Below are positions 18,244 through 26,927 of a DNA stretch of 42,630 bases, piece by piece. Made by a program: the position numbers and the translations under genes. Below the pieces are notes generated by a model that ran no database searches, was not told the origin of the DNA, and saw only the letters and a list, made by a program, of their open reading frames with translations. Location: NCBI GenBank assembly GCA_025924655.1, contig JAICHZ010000001.1, forward strand, positions 1 to 42,630. The letters are read 5' to 3'. Origin of the DNA: Pseudonocardiaceae bacterium (lineage in GTDB: Bacteria; Actinomycetota; Actinomycetes; Mycobacteriales; Pseudonocardiaceae). The first letter of the stretch is position 1. The number at the start of each line of letters is the position of its first letter.

Positions 18244-19233
18244 TCAGGAGCGCCCGAGTCGGGTGACGTCGTCGACGGCCAAGTCGAGGACGGTGGCGGA
18301 GGCACTCCCGACCCGCAGCGCAAGCTTCCCCGAGTCATCGATTCGACCCACTACGGCCGCGGACAACCCTCGGTCCAGGAACGGTTGCGCGCAGTCTGCC
18401 TCCCGACCGGCCGGGGCGCAGAGCAGGAACCCGAAGCTGGGGAAGCAAGTCAGCCAGGCCGCCAACCTGACCCCTGAGGGCACTGGCACGGCATCCACGT
18501 CGAGTACGACGCCGTGGCGACCCCACTCCAGCAGCATCGCCAGCGACCCGACCAACCCGGCCATGCTGATGTCCTTAGCCGCCACGCACGCGCCGGACTC
18601 GGCGAGCCTGGCGAAGAGCCGCACGTCCCCGGCGCACTGCGACCCACGCTTTTCGAAGGCACCGAAGAACGGGAAGTCCGGGCGCATCCGGCCATCCAGC
18701 GCGGCGGCCACAAGCAGGCTCTGCCCGGCCCGCACCCGAGTCACCGACAGTGCCTGCCCGCTCGTCGTGCCGACGCCGAACGCCGAGACCGCGGGTTGCC
18801 CGTGGTGCAGCGTGAGGTGCCCGCCGAGGATCGGCACGTCGTAGAGCTCGCCCGCCCGCCGCATTCCGAGCAGCACCGAGCGAGCCACCTGCTCGGAACT
18901 GACGATCGTGTCTACGATGCCCAGCGGCAGTGCGCCCATCGCGGCCAGATCGTTGACGTTGGTGAGCACCGCGGCGAAGCCGGCGCCGTACGGGTCCGCG
19001 GCCACGAACGGCGGCCACAGCGCCTCACCGCAGGCCACCACCTGGCCGCCCAGCGCGGCCACCGCTGCGCCGTCGTCACCCGGGCCGGAGATCCAGTCAC
19101 CCGGTCCCAGTACCTCGCTGACCAACCCAATCGCCGCCTTGCCACGCAGCCCGGGATGGGCCCGCAGGGTCTGCACCAGCTCGGCCAGCGCGGCCGGTGC
19201 ATCGGCCCGTACCGCCGCCGTCGTGTCGGCCAT
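18244..19233 (-). CDS. AIR-synthase-related (PurM/ThiL/HypE superfamily) protein, probably sll0787 family
   Basis: GPGDDGAAV and AVLTNVNDLAAMGALP are the PurM-superfamily N-domain motifs, and DISMAGLVGSLAMLLE lies in the C-domain. The protein has 329 aa. Confidence 0.85.
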   Translation of the reverse strand: MADTTAAVRADAPAALAELVQTLRAHPGLRGKAAIGLVSEVLGPGDWISGPGDDGAAVAALGGQVVACGEALWPPFVAADPYGAGFAAVLTNVNDLAAMGALPLGIVDTIVSSEQVARSVLLGMRRAGELYDVPILGGHLTLHHGQPAVSAFGVGTTSGQALSVTRVRAGQSLLVAAALDGRMRPDFPFFGAFEKRGSQCAGDVRLFARLAESGACVAAKDISMAGLVGSLAMLLEWGRHGVVLDVDAVPVPSGVRLAAWLTCFPSFGFLLCAPAGREADCAQPFLDRGLSAAVVGRIDDSGKLALRVGSASATVLDLAVDDVTRLGRS

Positions 19234-19259
19234 CGCCGCCTCCGTCCGTCGTCGTTTCC

Positions 19260-19283
19260 GATAGTAGGTGCTCGCCCACTATC
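19260..19283. promoter_or_regulatory. inverted repeat in the divergent AIR-synthase-like / comA intergenic region
   Basis: GATAGTAGG-N6-CCCACTATC has arms complementary at 8/9 positions. It lies in the 68-bp gap between two divergently transcribed cluster genes. It is unusually AT-rich for this DNA. Confidence 0.35.
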
Positions 19284-19301
19284 TGATCTAACATCGAGGC
19301 C

Positions 19302-20084
19302 GTGCGACCGCCGAGGTTCCTCGAGCTGCCCGCCCGCAGCGGCAAGCCCCGCGCCACCGGGCTGACGCACGTGCTGGACACCGGGGTGCCGCCTACCACC
19401 GCGGCCGCCGTGTTGGCCACCGGCGCTGGGTACGTCGACGTGTGGAAGACCGGGTGGGGGACCGCATACATCGACCCTGGCCTACCGGAGAAGGTGCGAT
19501 TGCTGGCCGAGACCGACGTCGCGGCGTGCCTCGGCGGCACCCTGCTCGAGATCGCCTGGGCGCAGGGGCGGGCCGAGGAGTGCCTGGCCTGGGCGGACGA
19601 GGTCGGCTTCCGCTACGTCGAGGTCTCCCGCGGGACCGTGCCGATGAGCCTGGCCGACAAGCACCACCTCGTCGGGCTGGCCGCCGGCCGGTTCGTCGTG
19701 CTCGCCGAGGTCGGGTCCAAGGACCCGGGCGAGCAGCCGACGCCGGCGCAGTGGCGGGCCGAAGCGCAGGCTGACCTCGCCGCCGGCGCGCACCTGGTGG
19801 TCACCGAGGGGCGGGCGAGCGGCACCGTCGGCACCTTCGATGCCACCGGGCGAGTCCGCGAGGATGTAGTGGCCGCGGTGGTGGACGGCGTCGGGTTGGA
19901 GCACGTGATCTTCGAGGCTCCCCGGCTGGAGCAGCAGGCCTGGTTTATCCGCCGGTTCGGACCCGAAGTCAACCTCGGCAACGTAGGGCTGGAGCAGCTG
20001 ATGACGGTGGAGACGCTGCGGCTGGGGCTGCGCTCTGACACTTTCCGCTGGGACAGCGCTGTGGTCGGGACGCTGGTGCCGTGA
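19302..20084 (+). CDS. comA: (2R)-phospho-3-sulfolactate synthase (ComA family)
   Basis: The match to ComA extends end to end: KPRATGLTHVLDTG, YVDVWKTGWGTAY, GGTLLEIAW, YVEVSRG, VLAEVGSKD, VVTEGRASG, VIFEAP, VNLGNV, VETLRLGLRSDTF. Confidence 0.9.
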   Translation: MRPPRFLELPARSGKPRATGLTHVLDTGVPPTTAAAVLATGAGYVDVWKTGWGTAYIDPGLPEKVRLLAETDVAACLGGTLLEIAWAQGRAEECLAWADEVGFRYVEVSRGTVPMSLADKHHLVGLAAGRFVVLAEVGSKDPGEQPTPAQWRAEAQADLAAGAHLVVTEGRASGTVGTFDATGRVREDVVAAVVDGVGLEHVIFEAPRLEQQAWFIRRFGPEVNLGNVGLEQLMTVETLRLGLRSDTFRWDSAVVGTLVP

Positions 20085-20959
20085 TGGCGGTGAACCTCGT
20101 ACCCGGTCGCTACCGGGGCGTCGCGGTGGCCACTGTGTCTGGGCCACTGGACGAGGGGGCGCTGCGCGCACATTTTCTCGGCCGGGAGGCCTACCGCCGC
20201 ACCCGGTTCGTCGTCGTGTGCGCCGGCGAGCGCACTGCGGTGCTGCGGGTCGCCAAGGCTTCACAGACCGAGCTGTTCAGCCCCATCGTCGAGCTGGAGG
20301 TGCTGGCCGGACCGAAGGAGTGCGTATTCCTGCACCGGCCCGACGTGGATACCGCGATCCCCTCCGCGCTGGCCGCGACCGCGGTCGCTGACGCACCCGG
20401 TGCCCGGGCCGTGGTCGTGCGCGGTCGGTACGAACACGTCAACTTCATCCTCAACCCGCGCCCACGCCGGGTGGTCGTGCGCGAGGTGGTCCCACCGGAG
20501 CCGGCCAAGCTGTTCGACCAAGCCAAGCGGGTGCTCGCGGTCACTGAGGATCTGCCCCCGCTGGAGCTGGTGCCTGAGGTGGTGGACCTCACGGAGGTGG
20601 CCAGCGCGCACCCCGCCGCGCACTACCTGCTGCCCTGCCGGGGTTCCGGCGTCACCGTCGCCGGGGCCAAGGTGTCCTATCTGGACGAACGTCCGCCGCT
20701 GGCGGGCTGGACGCTGCTCGGCTGCGAGCGATCCCGCCAGATCCACCGCTGGTGCTACGGCTGCGAGCCATCCACCGTGGACTTCTGCCCGAAGCGGGAT
20801 CCGGCGCCCGGCACGTTGACCAAATGCTGCCTGCAGGAGGAGCACGTCGAGGCCGGCGATGGCTGGGTGTCGGTGCCGTGGGGATCGTCGCTCGAGCAGG
20901 TCCGCGAGGCGCTGACCGGGCTCGCCCGCGCGCTGGAGCCGGCGTGGGCACCCGGCTGA
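20081..20959 (+). CDS. hypothetical protein with a Cys-rich C-terminal region
   Basis: This 292-aa ORF has a GTGA overlap with the comA stop and a 16-nt overlap with the next gene. The C-terminus reads LLGCERSRQIHRWCYGCEPSTVDFCPKRDPAPGTLTKCCLQEEH. I recognise no family. Confidence 0.7.
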   Translation: MMAVNLVPGRYRGVAVATVSGPLDEGALRAHFLGREAYRRTRFVVVCAGERTAVLRVAKASQTELFSPIVELEVLAGPKECVFLHRPDVDTAIPSALAATAVADAPGARAVVVRGRYEHVNFILNPRPRRVVVREVVPPEPAKLFDQAKRVLAVTEDLPPLELVPEVVDLTEVASAHPAAHYLLPCRGSGVTVAGAKVSYLDERPPLAGWTLLGCERSRQIHRWCYGCEPSTVDFCPKRDPAPGTLTKCCLQEEHVEAGDGWVSVPWGSSLEQVREALTGLARALEPAWAPG

Positions 20960-22299
20960 CCGACTCGGCCAGCTACGCCCACCTGTGGGGCACCGACGAG
21001 CTGGCCCGGGTGTTCGACGAGCCAGCGCGCCTGCAGTGCTGGCTGGACATTCTCGTCGGGCTAGCCAGGGTGCAGGCCCGCCTCGGGATCGTGCCGGCGG
21101 ACGCCGCCGAGGCGATCGCCACCGGCGCCCAGGTGGCGTCGCTCGATCTGGACTACGTCGCCGAGCAGACCCGGCTCACGTCGCACTCCACGCTGGGCCT
21201 GATCCGTGCCCTGCAGCGGGTGCTGCCGGAGCACGCTCGGGAGTACGTCTACCTCGGAGCCACCGTGCAGGATCTCACCGACACCTGGTTCGGGGTGGTG
21301 CTACGCGAGGTCGGCAGCCTGGTCTGGCGCGAGCTGCGCGCCCTGGAGGCCGACCTGCTTGACCTGGCCCGGACTCATCGGGAGACCGTTCAGGTAGGAC
21401 GGACTCATGGCCAGCCTGGCGCGCCGGTCACCTTCGGGTTCAAGGCGGCGTCCTGGGCCGACGAGGTGCGGCGGCACCTGCAGCGGCTGCGCGAGGGGCG
21501 CTCCAGGTGGTTGGTCGGGCAGCTGGGTGGCGCGGTGGGGGTGCTGGGGTTCTTCGAGGCGGACGCAACGGCGCTGCGGCGGCAGTTCTGCGCCGAGGTC
21601 GGGCTCGCTGATCCCGTCATCTCGTGGCTCACCTCGCGCGACCGGCTTGCCGAGTTCGGGCACCTGCTGGCCATGGTGTGCGGCACCCTGGCCCGGATCG
21701 GCGGCGAGGTCTACGAGCTGCAGCGCCCGGAGATCGGAGAGCTGGCAGAGCCCACCACGGCCACCGCGGTCGGCAGCATCACCATGCCGCACAAGCGGAA
21801 TCCGGAGAGCAGTGAGCACCTGGACACCCTGGCCCGGCTGGCCCGGTCCTCGGCCGCAGTGCTGACCGAGGGTATGACCCAGCTGCATGAGCGCGATGGT
21901 CGCGGATGGAAGGCCGAGTGGGTGGCGCTGCCCGAGGTATGCCTGCTGACCGGCGCCGCACTGCGGACCGCACGCACGATCGTCAGCGGCCTGGAGGTAC
22001 ATGCTGGCGTGATGGCGGCGAACCTGGTCCGGCACGGGGACACGCTGGCTTCCGAGCGCGTGCTGGCCGGGCTTTCGACGCGGCTGGGCAAGCACCAGGC
22101 GCAGGCGGCGCTGCAGGAGGTACTGGCCGGAAGGCCGGCGGACCTCGCGGCAGCGCTGGCGCAGCGCGGGCTGGCCTCGGTCGAGGACGTCCGCGGCTGG
22201 ATCAGCCGGTCGCCGGTGGCCACGGCGGGAGAGATGGTCGACGCGGTACTGGCTCGCGCCGCCGCGGCCCGGGCCGGCGAGCCGGAGACCTGGCCATGA
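20944..22299 (+). CDS. fumarate-lyase-superfamily enzyme, adenylosuccinate-lyase / CMLE-like
   Basis: The start is taken at GTG 20944 within ORF 20752..22299. The signature loop is GSITMPHKRNPESSE. TVQVGRTHGQPGAPVTFG and YLGATVQDLTD are typical of the ASL/PcaB branch. Confidence 0.85.
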   Translation: MGTRLTDSASYAHLWGTDELARVFDEPARLQCWLDILVGLARVQARLGIVPADAAEAIATGAQVASLDLDYVAEQTRLTSHSTLGLIRALQRVLPEHAREYVYLGATVQDLTDTWFGVVLREVGSLVWRELRALEADLLDLARTHRETVQVGRTHGQPGAPVTFGFKAASWADEVRRHLQRLREGRSRWLVGQLGGAVGVLGFFEADATALRRQFCAEVGLADPVISWLTSRDRLAEFGHLLAMVCGTLARIGGEVYELQRPEIGELAEPTTATAVGSITMPHKRNPESSEHLDTLARLARSSAAVLTEGMTQLHERDGRGWKAEWVALPEVCLLTGAALRTARTIVSGLEVHAGVMAANLVRHGDTLASERVLAGLSTRLGKHQAQAALQEVLAGRPADLAAALAQRGLASVEDVRGWISRSPVATAGEMVDAVLARAAAARAGEPETWP

Positions 22300-23279
22300 T
22301 CCCACCGCGGTTCCCACTCGCGGTGCTGCCTACGCCGCTGGTGCGGGCACACCGGCTGGAGGCGGTGCTGGGACGGGGCCGGGTGCAGCTCAAGCGCGAC
22401 GACCTGGCCGGGTTCGCAGTCGGCGGCAATAAGACCCGGCCGCTGGAGTACCTGCTGGGACAGGCCCTGGCCGACCGGTGCGACGTGCTGGTCACCGGCG
22501 GCGGCCCCGGCTCGAACTTCTGCCCGGCCGCCGCCGTGGCCGCCCGTGCCGCAGGCTTGGACTGCGAGCTGATCATCTGTGGCGACAACGACCGGGGCGA
22601 CGGGTACGGCTCAGCCAACCTGGCCATCGCGGCGGCTGCCGGCGCCTGCATCCGGCCAACCGGTGACCAGGCGCGCGAGGCCTTGGACGCCGCGATCGCC
22701 GAGCGCGCCGCCGACCTGACCGCGGCCGGCCGGCGGCCGTTCCCGGTGCCGCGCGGGGGGTCCACCCTGCTGGGCGCGGTGGGGTTCGCGGTCGCGGCGG
22801 CCGAGTTGGCGGGTCAGCTCGACCAGTCTGAGCTAGCGGGCGGCGCCGAACCCGCGCTGGTGGTACTGCCCGTCGGCTCCGGTAGCAGCTGCGCCGGGCT
22901 GCTGGCCGCCGGGCCGCCGTGGCCGGTGCTGGGGGTATCGGTCAGCCGGCCACTGCAGGAGATCACCAGCAAGGTGCACGCGCTGGCGCAGGCGTGCGCC
23001 CGGCTGCTGGGCTATCCGCCACCCCGCCCGAGGGGGCTGGAGATCGTTGACGCCCGCGGGCCCGGCTTCGGTATCGCGTCTCAGGCCGACCGGGCCGCCG
23101 CGTGCCTGGCGCTGCACACCGAAGGCCTACTGCTCGACGACACCTACGGCGCCAAGGCGTTCGCGGTGCTGACTCAGCGGGCCGGCGACGTCCGGGGACC
23201 CGTGGTGTTCTGGCACACCGGCGGTGTGGTGCCGGCCGTGGCCGCGCTGCGCCAGCGGATATCGGGAGGACGGATGTGA
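22296..23279 (+). CDS. PLP-dependent enzyme of the D-cysteine desulfhydrase / ACC deaminase family
   Basis: An ATGA overlap links it to the upstream stop. LPTPLVRAH, KRDDLAGFAVGGNKTRPLEYL (PLP lysine), PRGGSTLLGAVGF, LPVGSGSS, LLLDDTYGAKAF and FWHTGG align along E. coli DcyD as I remember it. Confidence 0.85.
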   Translation: MIPPRFPLAVLPTPLVRAHRLEAVLGRGRVQLKRDDLAGFAVGGNKTRPLEYLLGQALADRCDVLVTGGGPGSNFCPAAAVAARAAGLDCELIICGDNDRGDGYGSANLAIAAAAGACIRPTGDQAREALDAAIAERAADLTAAGRRPFPVPRGGSTLLGAVGFAVAAAELAGQLDQSELAGGAEPALVVLPVGSGSSCAGLLAAGPPWPVLGVSVSRPLQEITSKVHALAQACARLLGYPPPRPRGLEIVDARGPGFGIASQADRAAACLALHTEGLLLDDTYGAKAFAVLTQRAGDVRGPVVFWHTGGVVPAVAALRQRISGGRM

Positions 23280-24793
23280 CGCCAAGACGCGAGGAGGGGC
23301 CGCCGCAGACCGGGGCGGCGCGTGAGCTGGTGGAGTCCGGCTTCACACTGGAAAACGCGGACGCCTCATTCCTGCACCGCGGCCTGAACCTGGCCGACCT
23401 GGCGCACGTGTTGGACCTGGCCCGGCGCGGCATCGTGCCGGTGCCGGCTCAGCGCGAGCTGCTGGCGTTGCTGCTCGAGGTGTACGAGGTCCCCGCTGAC
23501 GAGTTCCCCTACGACCCCTCCTACGGCGAGCCGTACAACTCCCGCGAGCACTACTTCGTTTCCCGGATCGGCGACGTCGCAGGGTGGTTGCATGCCGGGC
23601 GGCCGCGGCGGGAGGCGGCTCGGATCGCGCTGCGGCTGCACCTGCGCCGCCAGCTCGTCGAGCTGGTCGCCGAGGCTGCCGCCTTCGCCCGGGTGGCCGT
23701 CGACCGGGCTGACGAGCACATCGAAACCGTGATGCCCGACCAGACTTACCTGCAGCAGGCCCAACCCTCGACGTTCGGGCACTACCTGCTGTCCTTTGTG
23801 TACTCGACGCTGCGGGATGCCCGCCGACTACTCGAGGAGCTCGACTGGGTGGACTGCAGCCCGGGCGGCGCTGGCTGCGTCAACGGCACCCGGCTGCTCT
23901 CTGACCGCAGCTTCATCGCCGACGCGCTGGGGTTCCGTGGAGTGATCGAGCACACCCGCGACGCGATGTGGCAGATCGACGGCCTGATCCACGTACTGGC
24001 CACCGCGGCCAGCCTGCTGTCCGGGTTCAGCAAATTGGCTGAAGACCTGGAGATCTGGTCGAGCAGCGAGTTCGACTTCGTTGATCTGGCAGACGCCTAC
24101 ACTCGGGCCAGCGTGCTCATGCCGCAGAAACGCAACCCGTACTCGCTGGCCATCGTCCGCGGTGCCTCCGGGATCGTCATCGGGCGGCTGGCCGGGTTCC
24201 TCGCGGTGGCCAAGAGCCCATCTGCTCGCAGCGACAACCTGATTTTCGCCTACGGTGAGGTGCCGCGGGCGCTCGACTTGTGCCTGCGGATCACCCGGTT
24301 GATCACTGGGGTGGTGCGCACGATGCGGGTCAACGCCGAGCGGATGGCCGAGCAGCTGCGCGCCGGCTACACCCAGTCCACCGACCTCGCCGAGCACCTG
24401 GTGCAGGTCTGCGCAGTGGACTACCGCACCGCTTACGTCGTCGTCGGACGCACTGTGCGGGCGGCCAGCCGGGCCGGGATCCCCGGCATGAAGATCACCG
24501 GCGAGATGCTCGACGACGCCGCCCGCGAGCACACCGGACGATCCTGGGGACTGGCCGGGATGGACCTGTCCGAGGTGCTCGACCCCTGGCAGATAGTGCT
24601 TTCCCGGCATGCCCAGGGCGGTGCCGCGCCAACGGCAGTGCACCGCATGACAGGGAACTTACGAAGGTCGCTGGACGAACTGGACGCCACGGTCAGCGAG
24701 CGGGCCGCGGCCCACGACCGCGCCGAGAGTTCGCTGCTGGCGGCGGCCAAGGCAGTGGTTGAGCAGGACGGTCAGCAGGAGGGTGCACCGTGA
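23276..24793 (+). CDS. fumarate-lyase-superfamily enzyme, argininosuccinate-lyase-like
   Basis: A GTGA overlap links it to the upstream stop. The signature loop is SVLMPQKRNPYSLA, and MPDQTYLQQAQPSTFGHYL is ArgH-like. Confidence 0.85.
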   Translation: MTPRREEGPPQTGAARELVESGFTLENADASFLHRGLNLADLAHVLDLARRGIVPVPAQRELLALLLEVYEVPADEFPYDPSYGEPYNSREHYFVSRIGDVAGWLHAGRPRREAARIALRLHLRRQLVELVAEAAAFARVAVDRADEHIETVMPDQTYLQQAQPSTFGHYLLSFVYSTLRDARRLLEELDWVDCSPGGAGCVNGTRLLSDRSFIADALGFRGVIEHTRDAMWQIDGLIHVLATAASLLSGFSKLAEDLEIWSSSEFDFVDLADAYTRASVLMPQKRNPYSLAIVRGASGIVIGRLAGFLAVAKSPSARSDNLIFAYGEVPRALDLCLRITRLITGVVRTMRVNAERMAEQLRAGYTQSTDLAEHLVQVCAVDYRTAYVVVGRTVRAASRAGIPGMKITGEMLDDAAREHTGRSWGLAGMDLSEVLDPWQIVLSRHAQGGAAPTAVHRMTGNLRRSLDELDATVSERAAAHDRAESSLLAAAKAVVEQDGQQEGAP

Positions 24794-26193
24794 GCGTGTT
24801 GCCGGAGCAGATCAGGGCGGTCAACATCGGGTTGCCGATGTTCGCCGATGCCCTTCGGGCGCAGGGCGTGGCGGTGGAGCATGTCGACTGGCGGATCCCT
24901 GCCGGTGGCGACCTGGCCGCGGTGGCCACGCTGAGCCGGCTCTACGGGGATCATGGGAGCGCTATCGACGGAGCCAACGCCGAGGTGGTGCGGCGGCTGG
25001 ACTCCGGCGTGCCGCAGCTTGTCGAGGTGTCCACGGTGGCGCAGGCCGTGCCCGCAATGGTGGGTCGCACCCTGCTGCACTGCGGCCCGGCGATCGACTT
25101 CGGGCAGGTGTGCGACCCGCTGCGCCGCTCGATGCGGGCCGCCGTGGTCGCCGAGGGCTGGGCGGCTGACGTCGAGGAGGCGCAGCGGTTGCTGGCCAGC
25201 GGCGATGTGGCGCTGGAGCCGGCCAACCACCACCAGGCGGTGGTACCGATGGCCAGCGCGATCGGCCCGACTGCACCGGTCTTCGTGGTGGCTGACCGCG
25301 AGGGCGGCACCCGGTCCTACGCGCCGGTCAACCAGGGCCCCGGCGAGGTGGCCTGGTTCGGCCGGGACACTGACGCGGCGGTCGAAAGGTTGAGGTTCCT
25401 GCGCGATGTCGCCGGTCCGGCGCTGACCCGGGTCCTGAGCTCGGCCGGCCCACTAGACATCCTCAGCTTGGCCGCACAGGGCGTCGCGATGGGCGACGAC
25501 CTGCACATGCGCACCCAAGCGGCGACCAACCTGCTTGTCCGAACGTGGCTGCCCCAACTCGCTGAGCTGCCGGACCAGCAGCGCGGCGGGATGGCCCGCT
25601 TCCTGTCCGGCAACCACCTCTTCTTCCTCACGCTGGCGATGGCCGCAGCCAAGGCGCTCACTCTCTGGGCCGAGGAGGTGAGCGGGTCAAGCGTCATCAC
25701 GACCATGTCCCGCAACGGGACCACGTTCGGGATCAAGCTTGCGGGCTCGCCGGAGTGGCACATCACCGCTGCCCCGCCCATCACTGACGCGTTGTACTAC
25801 TCCGGCTACGGGCCCGAGGACGCCGCCCCGGATATCGGCGACTCCGCCGTGCTGGAGCTGGTAGGACTGGGTGGACCGGCGGCCGCCGGCTCGCCAGCCG
25901 TGGCGGCGTTCCTCGGTGGCTCGATGGCCGACGGCAAGCGGGCCACCGAGGCGTTCCGGCAGATATGCGTCGGCACCAGCAGCCGCTTCACGTTGCCTCC
26001 GTTGGACTTCAGCGGCACGCCGGTCGGCGTGGACGTGCGGCGGGTGGTGGAGCTGGGGATCACCCCGCAGATCACCACCGGTATCCTGCACTGCTCCTTG
26101 GGCGTCGGACAGATTGGCGCCGGGGTGGCCACCGCGCCGCTGGAGTGTTTCACCGAGGCGCTGGCCGCCCTGGACGCTCGCCTGGTGCGGTGA
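24790..26193 (+). CDS. DUF1116 protein (YlbE/AllG-like, oxamate carbamoyltransferase subunit family)
   Basis: A GTGA overlap links it to the upstream stop. LLHCGPAIDF, LEPANHHQAVVPMASAIGPTAPVFVV and NQGPGEVAWFG resemble the YlbE/DUF1116 family. Confidence 0.8.
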   Translation: MSVLPEQIRAVNIGLPMFADALRAQGVAVEHVDWRIPAGGDLAAVATLSRLYGDHGSAIDGANAEVVRRLDSGVPQLVEVSTVAQAVPAMVGRTLLHCGPAIDFGQVCDPLRRSMRAAVVAEGWAADVEEAQRLLASGDVALEPANHHQAVVPMASAIGPTAPVFVVADREGGTRSYAPVNQGPGEVAWFGRDTDAAVERLRFLRDVAGPALTRVLSSAGPLDILSLAAQGVAMGDDLHMRTQAATNLLVRTWLPQLAELPDQQRGGMARFLSGNHLFFLTLAMAAAKALTLWAEEVSGSSVITTMSRNGTTFGIKLAGSPEWHITAAPPITDALYYSGYGPEDAAPDIGDSAVLELVGLGGPAAAGSPAVAAFLGGSMADGKRATEAFRQICVGTSSRFTLPPLDFSGTPVGVDVRRVVELGITPQITTGILHCSLGVGQIGAGVATAPLECFTEALAALDARLVR

Positions 26194-26927
26194 GGGCACT
26201 CGACGTCGGCCTCGGGGCCCGGAAGGTGCTCGGCGATCTCGCCGAGGGCCGGGTGGTCGCGGTCTACTCGCGGGCTGCCTACTTGCGGTTTCCGGCCGGA
26301 CTGTTAGCGGTGACGTCCGCGTGGGCGCCAGCCGGTCCGCTGAACCTGCGGTGCCCGGCGTTACCGGTACTGCGGCCGGGCGCTGCGGTGTGGACGGACG
26401 GTTCCCGGCTTTCGGGGCCAGGATGGGCGGTTGCACTAGAGGCACCGACCTGGGTGGGCGAGCTGCCCCCTCCCCCGACAGTTGCCCTGCCCTGCGCCGC
26501 CGCCGTGCCTGACCTGACTGGGCTGGCCGCACGTCTGGGCGGGCGCGGGCCGGGGCTTACCCCGGCCGGAGACGACGTGCTGGCCGGCGCGCTGCTTGCG
26601 GCACGGGCCCGCTGCGGGCCGGCGGCGGAACCCGAGTTATCCGCGGTTGCTGCCTCCGTACGCACCACCGACCCGGCCCTGGCGTTCCTGGCCTGGGCGG
26701 CCCGCGGTCAATGCATCGAACCAGCGCACACTGTGCTGCTGGCGATGACCCGCCGCGATGAGGCCCGGGCGCACGCTGCGGCGACCCGGCTGGTCACGAT
26801 CGGAGCCTCATCCGGTGCGGCGCTACTTGCCGGGTTGAGGCTCGGGCTGGGCGACCGGGATCAGCGGCCACGCAGGGAAAACCGGACCACCTGGGTCGGC
26901 CGACGCCCCGGGTTGGACCAGCGGTAG
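26190..26927 (+). CDS. DUF2877 protein (YlbF/AllH-like)
   Basis: A GTGA overlap links it to the DUF1116 stop. GRGPGLTPAGDDVLAGALLA matches the GxGxGLTPxGDD motif I associate with DUF2877, and IGASSGAALLAG lies near the C-terminus. The last ~25 aa overlap the convergent regulator and are probably read-through tail. Confidence 0.65.
   Translation: MRALDVGLGARKVLGDLAEGRVVAVYSRAAYLRFPAGLLAVTSAWAPAGPLNLRCPALPVLRPGAAVWTDGSRLSGPGWAVALEAPTWVGELPPPPTVALPCAAAVPDLTGLAARLGGRGPGLTPAGDDVLAGALLAARARCGPAAEPELSAVAASVRTTDPALAFLAWAARGQCIEPAHTVLLAMTRRDEARAHAAATRLVTIGASSGAALLAGLRLGLGDRDQRPRRENRTTWVGRRPGLDQR

Noticed and set aside
19482-20264. Long antisense or alternative-frame ORFs occur throughout the cluster, for example 19482..20264, 21301..22317, 25687..26532, 29904..30632, 36853..37539 and 39617..40252.
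   Set aside because: They are Arg/Pro/Ala/Gly-rich low-complexity translations, typical of off-frame reading of high-GC DNA. Each lies opposite or out of frame to a CDS with strong family motifs.
20752-20943. The ORF track suggests N-terminal extensions for the lyase (20752), the PLP enzyme (21906), the ArgH-like gene (23102), DUF2877 (25965), nthA (30337), nthB (29801) and the GNAT (36714).
   Set aside because: The extensions are Arg/Gly-rich, overlap the preceding real CDS, and lack homology-like sequence. Internal ATG/GTG starts that create 4-nt stop/start overlaps give N-termini matching the families.
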